Shown here piece after piece: positions 25,869 through 36,582 of a DNA stretch of 64,000 nucleotides; position 1 is the stretch's first letter, and the number at the start of each line of letters is the position of its first letter. The stretch comes from Squalus acanthias (Eukaryota). Made by a program: the position numbers and the translations under genes. Location of the stretch: positions 1,428,001 to 1,492,000 of the forward strand of contig JASTWF010000033.1 in assembly GCA_030390025.1 (NCBI GenBank). Direction: 5' to 3'. The notes beneath the pieces are model-generated. The model was given only the letters and a program-made list of their open reading frames with translations, was not told the DNA's origin and did no database searches.

Positions 25869-25964
25869 AGTATCTTTTTGGTAAACTTTTATGTTGCTTT
25901 CTCACACACTCTCTCTGGAGCTGGGGAAGAGCGAATTCCCGAAGTGTTTGTTTCCGTGTGTGAT

Positions 25965-26432
25965 TTACAAGGATGATACCACAATGCCAGGGTATACCTT
26001 TCAGGAAAGGATGAACAGGCTGGGTCTCCTTTCGTTTGAAAATAAGAAGGCTGAGGGGTGTCCTAATAGAGGGCTTTAACATTATGAAAGGTTTGATAGA
26101 GTATATAGAGAGAATGTTTCCATTGTGGGGAAGAGCTAAACTAGAGGCCATCAATATAAGATAGTCAGCAAGAAATCCATTAGGAAATTCAGAAGAAACT
26201 TCTATACCCAGAGAGTGGTGAAAATGTAGAACTCACTACCACAGGGAGTGGTTGAGGTTAATAGTATAGATGCATTTAAGGGGAGGTTTGATAAGCATAT
26301 GAGGGAGAAGGGAATAGAGGGTTCTGCTGATAGAGTAAGATGAGGAAAGACGGGAGGAGGCTTGAGCCGAGCATAAACGCCGGCATGGACTCGTTGGGCA
26401 GAATGGCCTGTTTCTGTGCCGTATATACTGTG
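25965..26432 (+). mobile_element. CR1 3'-end fragment
   Basis: MPGYTFQERMNRLGLLSFE, then RNFYTQRVV-like sequence and 3' UTR TGGGCAGAATGGCCTGTTTCTGTG. Confidence 0.82.
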
Positions 26433-26774
26433 TAAACGCGCTTATATCTGCTGTTGCTATCCGAGGCATTGTGCCTGTGCCGGCTCTTTGAAAGAGCTAT
26501 CTACTCAGTCCCACTCCCCTCCACAACATTATTGGAACAGGGGCTGGAGCCTCTGCAGTGTCGATGCACAGTGTGTGGGAATTGAGGGCGTTTCCCCGAT
26601 CCAATGACACTGAGAGTTAAACTCGGATTCTTACACAGTTTTGAAAACAAAAACTATTTATGGACGGAATTGATTTCAAACGGAAATTTGTTAAGAGTTT
26701 ATTCCGATCAAACGAGTCGTTTCTTCAGCCCAGTCGGGTTACACAATCTAATGACACCAGCTGTATAATCTGTA

Positions 26775-27066
26775 AACCATAGATAAAAATCCTACAGTGA
26801 CACAGCACAGAGGGAGACCATTCGGCCCATCGTGCGTGTGCCGGCTTTTTAAAGAGGGATCCAATTAGTTCTGCTCCCCTACTCTCTCCCCATAGCCCTG
26901 CACATTTTTCCCTCCCAATATTTATCCAATTCCCTTTTGAGAGTTACTACTGAATCCGCAGAATAACCTTAGATATGCGGTTCTCTATCCCTTCATCTAA
27001 GTCATTTATAAATATAGTGAAAAGCTGAGGCCCCAGTACGGATCCCAAGGGGACTCCACTAGTCAC
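26775..27066 (-). mobile_element. Short CR1 3'-tail and RT fragments
   Basis: CCATTCGGCCCATCG...CCCCATAGCCCTGC tail, plus [23 protein letters not shown] on the minus strand at ~26990-27066. Confidence 0.72.
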
Positions 27067-27500
27067 AGCAGTAACCCGCTGACTGAGGCTGCATTCGCCG
27101 CTTTCCGCCGGCAGCAGCTGATTGGAGAGTGCGGGGCCGGAATGTTGCTGCTTGTCCCGGCCTCACTCACACTGGAGCTGGGGAAGAGCGAATAATCGAG
27201 GGGTTTCTTTCCGATTCTGAAAGGCGGCTTAAATCTGCTGTTTGAACCGAGGCGGTGCTACATGATCCTTTAATAACCTCTCGCATATCAACTGAAAGCA
27301 GCCGGAATGTGTAGCTTGGAGAGGGCCTTTCTGCACCGTCAGGGCTGGAAACGGGAGCGAGTGAGAGACACGGTGTAGAGTTTGATTGTGTACAGAACTG
27401 TACTGAGCATTAGCAAATATATCAGGGCCGTGATTTACTGTACGTTGTTAATTTTAAGCCATTCCATTTTTCTAACATTTAATTGAAAAAGTTTTCAAGA

Positions 27501-27547
27501 TGTTTCCACCCAGTTTCGAACAGGGGACGTGTCGCGTGTTACGTGAA
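27501..27547 (-). pseudogene. tRNA-Val(AAC) 3'-half relic
   Basis: Minus strand TTCACGTAACACGCGACACGTCCCCTGTTCGAAACTGGGTGGAAACA, with a downstream TTTTT. Confidence 0.72.
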
Positions 27548-27664
27548 TTAATTAAACACCAGATGACGTAAACGCTGCTGTAGGAACTATGTTAGGAACA
27601 TAACCAGAGCTGTAACCTGCACAGCTGGCTTATACATCAGGAGCTTATTTTATAAGAATACAAT

Positions 27665-30095
27665 TGGCAGGATGTGACTAGATGTCTCCCCCTGGGATCT
27701 GTACTGGGGCCTCAGCTTTTCACTATATTTATAATTGACTTAGATGAAGAAATAGAGAACCATATAACCAACTTAAACCAAACTTTGGCGGGCCAGATCG
27801 ACCAAGTGTATGTGGGAGAACACTTGGGGATGAGTGATAATCGTATCACAAGATTTAGATTAGCAGTGGAGAGGAGCAAGAAACAATCTAGAGTGGAACT
27901 TCTAAACTGGAATAGGGCCAATTTCAATGGGATAGGAAAGTATCTAGCCAGAGTAAAATTGAACCAAAGACTAAAAGGAAAAACTGTAATGGAACAATGG
28001 GTGATCTTTAAGGCGGAGATGTTCCAAAGTACTGGCTAGGTACATTCCAACAAGGTGCAAGGGTAAGGGAACCAAAGGAAGGGATCCTTGGATGACAAGG
28101 GTGAAAGAGAAGATGATGAAACAAAAAAAAGAGGTTGTATGATGAATGTCAGGTTAATTATTCAAGGGAGAACCAGACCAAATACAATAAGTTGAGAGGG
28201 GGAGTGAAGATGAAATTAAGATTGGCAAAGAAAGATTATGAGAGTAGAATGGTGGTTAACATAAAAGGGAACCCAATAATCTTCTACCGGCATGTAAACA
28301 GTAAGCAGGTAGTAAGAGGCGGTTCGGGCCTATTAGGGAAAAATAAGTTGATATATGCTTAGAGGCGCAGTGCAAGTCTCGAATACTCAATGAGTACTTT
28401 GTATCGGTGTTTACTAAGAAGGTGGATGCTGACAAAATATCAGTGGAAGTGGAAAATGTAGAAGCAATGGAAGGCGTGAACATTGAGCGAAAGGATGTAT
28501 TAGAAAGGCTGGGTATGCTTAGAGTGGATAAGTCGCCTGGTCCAGTTGGCTTGCATTCCAGGTTGCTAAGGGAATTGGGGTAGGAGATAGCGGAAGGGCT
28601 TGCCATAATTTTCCAAACTTCCCTAGATGCGGGGGAGGTGCCTGAGGATTGGAGAGTGGCAAATGTGACGACATTGTTCAAGAAAGTGTGTCAGGACAAT
28701 CCAAATAACTACAGGCCAGTCAGTTTAACATAAGTGGAAGGTAAAGTTTTAGAAACAAAAATCAAAGAGAAACTAACGGCCACTTGGAGAGGTTTAAGCT
28801 AATTAAGGTGACACAACACGGATTTTTAAAAGGCAGATCGTGTTGGACTAATCCAATTGAATTTTTTGATGAATTAACAGGGAGGATTGATGAAGAGAAT
28901 GCAATGGATGTTGTCTACATGAATTTTCGGAAGGCTTTTGAAAAGTACCACAGAGAAGGCTAGTTAAAACATTTGAGGCTCAGGGAACAGGTGGGTTAGT
29001 GGCAGCTTGGATAGGAACTGGCTTAAGGACAGAAAACAGCGAGTTGTGGTAAATGGCTGTTTTTCACAATGGAGTATGGTAGAGAGTGGTGTTCCCCAAA
29101 TGTCACTGCTGGGGCCACTGCTTTCTTTGATATATATAAAAGATCTGGATATTGGAATACAAAGTAGAATTTCTAAATTTGCCGATGACACCAAAATTGG
29201 GAGGTGTGGGAAACAATGATGATGATACCAATCGACTGCAACAGGACATAGAAGGGCTTGCAGAATGGGCAGACAAATGGCAGATGGAATTTAATACAGA
29301 GAAGTGTGAGGTGATGTATTTTGTCAGAAGGAACAGGGAGAGGCAATATACAATTAATGGCACAGTTTTAAAGAGTATGCAGGGACAGAGGGACCTGGGA
29401 GTTAATATGCATAGGTCCCTGAAGGTGGTAAGACATATTGAGAGAGTAGTTAGCAAAGCATATGGGATCTTGGGCTTCATAAATAGAGTTATTGAGTCCA
29501 AAATCAGTGAAGTTATGCTGAACTTTTATAAAGCGCTGGTTAGGCCACAACTGGAGTATTGCGTCCAGTTCTGGTCACGACACTATAGAAAGGATATGAA
29601 GGCCCTTGAGAGGATGCAGTGCATATTTACCAGAATGGTTCCTGAGGATGTGGGATCTTAGCTTCAAGGACAGCTTGGAGAATCTGGATTTGTTTTCATT
29701 AGAGCAAAGGAAGTTGTGGGGTGATTTGATAGAGGTGTATAAGATTATGTCGGGTTTGATCAGGCAAGACGGGGAAAGGCTGTTCCCAGTAGTGTAATGG
29801 TACAAATACTAGGGGACACAGATTTAAGGTTTTGGGCAAGAGATACAGGGGGGACGTGAGGAAAAACTTTTTTACGCAGCGAGTGGTGAGGCCCTGGAAC
29901 TCGCTGCCGACGGAAGTGGTGGAAGTGGACACACTCAATGTTTTCAAGGGTAGACTGGATAGGCACTTGAGGGGAATAAACTTGCAGGGCTATGGGGATA
30001 GAGCGGGGGAATGGGACTGACTGGATTGCTCTACAGAGAGCTGGCACGGATTCGATGGGCCGAAGGGCCTCCTTCTGAGCCATTATAACTATATG
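27665..30095 (+). mobile_element. CR1 LINE ORF2 (end of EN through RT and 3' UTR), preceded by a ~100-bp separate RT fragment
   Basis: HLGMSDN, KSPGPVG, NYRPVSL, SGVPQ, KFADDTK, RPQLEYCVQFWS and KNFFTQRVV motifs; 3' UTR ATGGGCCGAAGGGCCTCCTTCTG. Confidence 0.92.
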
Positions 30096-30364
30096 ACTCC
30101 AAGACTCTAAGTTATTCGCACAGGAAGTAGTGTCGATGGAAGCAGAAAATTGCAAACGGTCATTGAGGGGGCCACACTAGAGGCATCTGAATGAGAAGAT
30201 TCGGGAGCGGAAATTCAGGAGTTTATTTACTTTGAAAGGAATATTTCTGTCTTGTGCGATTTTGGTCAGATAAATGTGAGTGAAAGAAAGTTCTTGCAGA
30301 AAGAAGCAGTCAGCATTTCAAATTCTCCCTAAATAATTATTTCTGTATTTTACACTCAGCAGCC

Positions 30365-30437
30365 AGTTCCGTAGTGTAGCGGTTATCACGTTTGCCTTGC
30401 ACGCGAAGCGTCCCTTGTTCGTGTCTGGGTGGGAGCA
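30365..30437 (+). pseudogene. tRNA-Val-body relic (anticodon now reads TGC)
   Basis: GTTCCGTAGTGTAGCGGTTATCACGTTTGCCTTGCACGCGAA...GTTCG...GGGTGGGAGCA; T run at 30455. Confidence 0.8.
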
Positions 30438-30487
30438 TCATGTTGGAAAATAGGTTTTTTTTCGAGAACGAAATGAAAGATCTCGCA

Positions 30488-30975
30488 ATAACAACAGAAA
30501 ACGCTGGAAAAACTCAGCAGACCAGGCAACATCCGTGGAGAGAGAAACAGAGTTAACGTTCTTGGTCGAAACCCTTCGTCGGAACTGAGAACAGAGCAGG
30601 AAATTAAACAGATAAAAATGCAAGGGGGAGGCTGGGGGGAGGAATAAAAGAACAAAAGGGGTGGTCTATGGTAAGTAGAGACATTAAGCGATGCTCAAGG
30701 CAAGACGAGATGGTAATAGGACAGGTTAAGAAACAAAAGGTGAGGTGTGAAATACTGGCAGAATGAGAGACAGCTGCCGTAGGGGAAGAGAGAGAAAAAA
30801 AATGGAAAAAGCTTATCTGTTTAATTTCCTGCTCTGTTCTCAGTTCCGAGGAAGGGTTTCGACCTGAAACGTTAACTCTGTTTCTCTCTCCACGGATGCT
30901 GCCTGGCCTGCTGAGTTTTTCCAGCGTTTTCTGTTGTTTTTTTCGGATTTCCACCATCCGCCGTATTTTGCTATC
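30488..30975. mobile_element. Non-coding Penelope-type insertion with 126-bp inverted arms and a 13-bp TSD
   Basis: Arms 30490-30615 and 30813-30938 are reverse complements. Direct repeat GAAAGATCTCGCA at 30475-30487 and 30976-30988. Each arm holds a hammerhead-like motif. Confidence 0.8.
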
Positions 30976-31164
30976 GAAAGATCTCGCAGTCCCGGCCTTG
31001 GTTAATACCAGCGAGTCTAAGCCGCATTTGAGACGCGGAAACAACCCCATTAATAATTTTCTCTTCCCCAGACAGAGATACCAGGCACCCGTGCCAAACC
31101 TTCTCATACACCGAGCACAGGCTCAGGAAAACCCCGGGGAGATGACATCCCGGATCTCCTCAGG

Positions 31165-31545
31165 GCAGAGAACGTTAAGGGGAGATTTCCTAAAGGTGTT
31201 CAAAATCAAGAATGGATTTGATAGAGTAAATAAGGAGAAACTGTTTCCAGGGGCTGAAGGGTCGGTAACTAGAGGATACAGACTGACAAAAGATAAAGCG
31301 TTGACATGAGGGCGATGGGTGAGGGGAATGAAGCAGCGATGTGTTATGATCTGCACTGCACTGCCTGAAAGGGTGGTGGAAGCAGATTCATTAGTAGCTT
31401 TAAATTGGAATTGGTTAATTACTTGAAGCGTAAAAAATTGCAGGGTTTTGAGGAAAGACAAGTGAATGAGACTAATTGGATAGCTCTGTCAAAGAGCCGG
31501 CACAGGCACAATGGGCCAAATGGCCTCTTTCTCTGCTGTTTCAAT
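31165..31545 (+). mobile_element. CR1 3'-end fragment
   Basis: QRTLRGDFLKVFKIKNGFDRVNKEKLFP...SVTRGYR and CR1 3' UTR. Confidence 0.8.
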
Positions 31546-31551
31546 ATTGTC

Positions 31552-32012
31552 AGCTGTGACTCTTTTGGTAGCATTCTCGCCTCTGAGTCAGAAGGTTGTG
31601 GGAGCATGTCCACCTCCAAAGACTTGAGCACAACAATCTAGGCTGACAATCTAGTGCAGTGCTGAGGGAGCGCTGCACTGTCGGAGGTGCCGTGTTTCCG
31701 ATGAGACATTAAACCGAGGACCCGTCTACTCTCTCAGAAGGACGTTAAAGATTCCATGGCGCTATTTCGAAGAAGAATAGGGGAGTTATCCCCTGTGTGC
31801 TGGCCAACATTTATCTATCAAATCAACGTCACTAAAACAGATAATCTGGTCATTACCACATTGTTGTTTGTGGGAGCTTGTAAAATGGCTGCCGCGTTTC
31901 CTACAGTACTATGGTGGCTGCACTCCAAAATTACTTCATTGTCTGTAAAGCTCTTTGAGACGCCCAGTGGTGGTGAAAGGCGCTATAGAAATGCCAGTTT
32001 TTCTTTTCTTCT
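31552..32012 (+). mobile_element. Near full-length DeuSINE (SacSINE1-like): tRNA-derived head, Deu core, L2-like tail
   Basis: Head TGGTAGCATTCTCGCCTCTGAGTCAGAAGGTTGTGGG; core TGTCGGAGGTGCCGTGTTTCCGATGAGACATTAAACCGAGG; tail GTGAAAGGCGCTATAGAAATG. Confidence 0.8.
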
Positions 32013-32268
32013 TTTTCTGTAATTCTATGATCTCACAATTCCCTATTTCTGTCATCTTCAGCAGCGCTAAATTGCCCCATCAAAATTTATAGGCAGCAAG
32101 TGATGAAAGCGGACATGAGATGGTGACTGACAGGCGACTTCTGATGCTGTCTGACACCCGGTGGGAGTGGGCGGTGATTTTAAAGCCCGTTTATTACACC
32201 AATGTAGGATAAATAAAACGGTGTTTGCGGAAAGTTCGTATATACAATCAACTCGCCTTGGCGTTGTA

Positions 32269-32340
32269 GGCCTCGTGGCACATTGGTAGTGCTTCTAACT
32301 CCCCATCAGAAAGCTATATGTTCAAATCACGTCGGGGTCA
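32269..32340 (+). pseudogene. tRNA-Trp relic
   Basis: GGCCTCGTGGCACATTGGTAGTGCTTCTAACTCCCCATCAGAAAGCTATATGTTCAAATCACGTCGGGGTCA is colinear with vertebrate tRNA-Trp(CCA), with many CpG-type changes. Confidence 0.82.
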
Positions 32341-32427
32341 CAACTCTTCCAGATAATTCCAGAATTAATATTTTCTCTACTGTTTCACTATAACCAGATC
32401 CTTGCTCTAAAGTCGGCCTACATCATT

Positions 32428-32499
32428 GACTTTGGGGCGGTCAGTAAACGCGTTCGGCTGTTAACCGAAAGGTTGCTGGTTTGAGCCCACCCAGGGATG
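32428..32499 (+). pseudogene. tRNA-Asn(GTT) relic
   Basis: CGCGTTCGGCTGTTAACCGAAAGGTTGCTGGTTTGAGCCCACCCAGGGATG; 5' end and D arm damaged. Confidence 0.85.
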
Positions 32500-35333
32500 A
32501 ATCATTAAATTGTTTTTACCCCTGAGGATTCAGTCCCACACAAGTCCAGGTTGTCAATGTGCGCCAGCAGTGCTGCTATCCAGTGAGATTGACAATCTGT
32601 GATTGACTGTGGAACATGGGGGCCATCCAAGTGGGGGGAGAAGGAAGGAATGTGGTAGTAGTAGGAGACAGTATAGTCAGGTGGATAGATACTGTTCTCT
32701 GCAGCAGCGAAAGAGAGTTCCGGAGGCTGTGTTGCCTGCCCGGTGCCAGGGTTAAGGATATCAACTCGTGGCTGGAGAAGAACTTGTGTGGCAGGGGGAG
32801 GATCCAGTTGTCGTGTTTCATGTAGGAACCAACGACATAGGTAGAAATACGAATGAGGTTCTGCTGAGAGACTTTGAGGAGTTCGGGTCTAAATTAATAA
32901 GCAAAACTACAAGGGTAATAATCTTTAGATTACTAACTGAGCCACACGCAAATTGGTATAGGGTCAAGCAGAACAGAGAGTTAAATGCGTGACTCAAATA
33001 TTGATGTGGGACAAAGGGGTTTCAATTCATGGGGCACTGACGTCAGTACTGGGGAAAGAGGGAAATCATCCGTTGGGACGGGCTCCACTTAAACCGGGCT
33101 GGGAAAAGCGTCCTGGCGAATCGAATAACTGGGGCTGTAGATAGGGCTTTAAACTAAAAAAAAGTGGGGTAGGGGTCAGATGAGGGGAAATTTAGAAATC
33201 TACAGCAGTATCGCGATTTGGGGAAAAATAAGCAGAGTGTGACAAGAAGGCACAGAGAGTTTAATGGTAGCAGTGCAGCAGAGAACAAGGTCAAAGCAGG
33301 GAATAATGGTAAAATAATTAAATTAAAGGCTCTTTATCTGAATGCAGGAAGCATTCGTAACAAGAGAGACGAACTAGTGGTCCAAATAGAGATAAATGGA
33401 TTTGATCCAATAGCCATGACAGTGAAATGGTTGCAAGGTGGTCAAGGTTGAGTAGTAAATGTTCCAGGGTACTTGACGTTTCGAAAAGATAGGCAGAATG
33501 GAAGAGGGCGGAGTAGCCCTTATAATAAAGGATGACATAAGGTCAGTAGAGAAAAAGGATCTCGGCTCGGAAGATCAGAAAGTAGAATCAGTATGGGTGG
33601 AGATAAGGAATAACAAGGGGCGGAACATACTGGTAGGAATAGTATATAGGCCCCCTAACAGGAGCTATATCGTTGGACAGAGTATTCATCAAGGAATAGT
33701 AGGAGCTTGCAACAAAGTTAATGCAATAATCTTGGGGGTCTTTAATCTTCATATAGACTGGACAAAACAAATTGGCAAAGTAGTCTGGAGGATGAGTTCA
33801 TGGAACGCATTCGGGACAGTTTCCAAGAACAGTATTTCATGGAACCAAGCAGGAAACAGGCTATTTTAGATCTTGTATTGTGCAATGAGACAGGGTTCAT
33901 TAGCAATCTCATAGTAAATGTTCCTCTGGGGCAGAGTGGTCATAATATGATAGAATTTTACAGGAATTTTGAGAGTGATTTGCCTAAGTCCCAAACTAGA
34001 GTCTAAAACTTAAATAAATTAAATTACTTAGGTATGAGGGGCGTGTTGGCTAAGGTAGATTGGAAAAATAGATTAAAAGGTATGGCGGTAGATAAGCAGT
34101 GGCTAGCATTTAAAGAAATATTTCATAATTTTCAACAAAATAAATTCTATTGAGAAACAAAAAGTGCACTCGAAAAGTGATCCAACCGTGGCTAACTAAA
34201 GAAGTTATGGATAGCATTAAATTGGAAGAAGCAGCTTATAATGTTGCAATGAAAAATAGTAGGCCTGAGGATTGGGAAAGTTTCAGAAACCAGCAAAGGT
34301 TGACCAAAAAATTGCTAAAAAGGGAAAAAATAGAATATGAGAGAAAACTAGCAAGAAATATAAAAGCAGATTGTAAGAGTTTCTACAAGTATGAAAAAGG
34401 AAAATTTGGTCCCTTAGACGCTGAGACAGGAGAAATTATTATGGGGAATAAAGAGTTAGCAGAAACGTTAAACAAATATTTTGTTTTGTCTTCACAGTAG
34501 AAGACACAAAAAGCATACAAAAAATGGGGGAGTGAACCAAGGGTCTAATGAGGATGATGAACTTAATGGGGCAGAAATTCGGCCCTTCCCGGGTGAGTAC
34601 GCGATGTGTACTCATCCGTAAGGCGTTTCGAAATGCCGGTTTCCTGCATACACTGCGCATGCGCGGGAAACCGGAACATCTGGTGGCCTGAAGGAAAGGT
34701 TTCGTCGGTGAATCGCGTGCACCGGAGATTCAGCGCGTACGCATTGAACTTCGCTATTTTTAAGAATGCGTTTAGTGGGTGTAAGATCGCGGCAACTACA
34801 CTTCTAAAAAGCTTGAGTAAACCATCTAGGAAAGCTCCGTAAGGAGCAGGAAGAAGAAATCTTTCAGCAGTGGGGCTACTAAAGTGACATTTTTTAAATC
34901 TGAAAGGCAGCAAACTTTATTTCATAAAGTCTGAGGTAAGTTTGCAATTGTAAAAAAAAAATTAAAACGGGTTTTGACCATTTGGAGTACTCTAGCAACT
35001 CTCGGTGTGTACAAGGCCTATTGAATTAGGTTTCTTTCTTAAATGTGTAAATGACTGTTTAAAAATGAATTATTTACATTTCCAAAAGTTTTAAAAAAGA
35101 AAATGATCATCAATTATATTCCTTTAAGTAAGTATGTATGTATGTATGACTTTGTGAAAATGTTACAGTTTTGGAAAACTGTACATGTTCCCAATCCGAT
35201 ACCGCACGTTTCCCACCATAGCCCGACGTGATTTTCTAGCCACTCACTTTATTAAAATTACTTTAACAACTTTTTCCATTTTTTCCTTACAACTACTTAA
35301 TCTGTTTAAAGAGGAAGCCTGTGAGGGAGAACC

Positions 35334-36033
35334 ATGCCCTTTGAGAATGCTGTCCTGGTCCTCTGTGCGATTTTGTATCAGAGAATTTTGGACGCCAGGC
35401 GACAAGATAGACGGAGCAACCAAAACCGTCTCCTCCTGAGAAGGAGAAACTACTACCCAGCCCAGAGAGTGTACAGGGAGATTGAATGTCATGATACTCT
35501 GTGATGCACATCTCAGGATCCTAAATGTGAATGCAAGTAACCGGGGAAGTAATCATGACTCCTTCGTCCTCCGTAACTCAAACTTATTTGGCGCCCTCAA
35601 CGCATTGCCTCCAGGATCAGCATGGATATCAGGCGACAAGGGCTACCCGCTAAGACCATGGCTGATGACTCCCTACCGCAAGACCAATAATAAGGCTCAG
35701 GAGAGATACAAACTGGCACACGTGTCCACACGGCAAGTGGTGGAGAGGACAATCGGAGTTCTGAAATCACGCTTCCGCTGCCTGGACAGGTCAGGGGGGA
35801 CCTTGCAGTATTCTCCTCAGAAAGTGGAAAGGATTGTGGTGGCCTGTTGTGCTTTGCATAACTTTGCCCTGCGGGAAGGACTGACCCTTAACGCTGCAGA
35901 GGAACTAATGCTGAAATGGAGGACGTGGACAATGCCAATGTGCCTGTGGGAAGGCCTGATGGGGACGAGCCAAGTGCTGCTGAAAGTAAGGCTGCTCGGG
36001 AGCAGCTGGTAGCCAACACCTTCACGAGGTAGT
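35334..36033 (+). pseudogene. Harbinger (HARBI1-like) DDE transposase, internally deleted and frameshifted
   Basis: N-terminus MPFENAVL...RRRNYYPAQRVYRE is joined out of frame to LNVMILCDA...GSNHDSF...GDKGYPLRPWLMTPY...VERTIGVLKSRFRCLD...ACCALHNFA. The terminal AREQLVANTF lies in another frame. Confidence 0.9.
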
Positions 36034-36582
36034 GTCGCATTGTACCTCCCCCTCCCCCTCCCCCTCCCTCTCCCCCTCCCCCAGCAAGGCAAAGAAAGGA
36101 ACAGACACAATTTAAAGTGAAACAGTGAACTTTTATTGCAGCATCAAATACTTTTGAGGTTCAGTTTTGATGTACATAGTTCATAACTTTTAAATGTTAA
36201 CTAGCTATTTTCTACTTTTCAAACATTCGTAAACATAAATAGTTTAGCTTAAAATTTGTAAACAGTTTACAGTGACGTTTTTGGTTTCTTAGTGCAATAA
36301 AGACATTCAAGATGGAAACTAGCTATTTTCTAAATTTAAAACAGTTGTCATGTTAATTTTTTTTGCAAATAAAAAAGTTGAATTTTTTCAAAGTGACTAG
36401 AGGCTGTACTTATTAAATGATAAGGTTACATACACTTTCAGTCACAAATATATATTTCAATAAAAAAAGCAATGAAAATATTTAACATTTAAAAAAAACG
36501 AAAAATTAAACAATTGAACGATTTGCCCCCTCGCATCTGTGCCTGAGGGTCAATGGATGTGCATTGTGGAAAAGGTGACACC

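Noticed and set aside
30365..30437. Functional anticodon-switched Val-to-Ala tRNA
   Set aside because: The T arm and acceptor stem are damaged; TGC is most simply decay.
30988..31042. Further tRNA relic on the minus strand starting GTTTCCG
   Set aside because: No recognisable A/B boxes or cloverleaf.
35482..36012. Host HARBI1 gene
   Set aside because: It lies between TIRs and a TSD inside a LINE, and is deleted and frameshifted.
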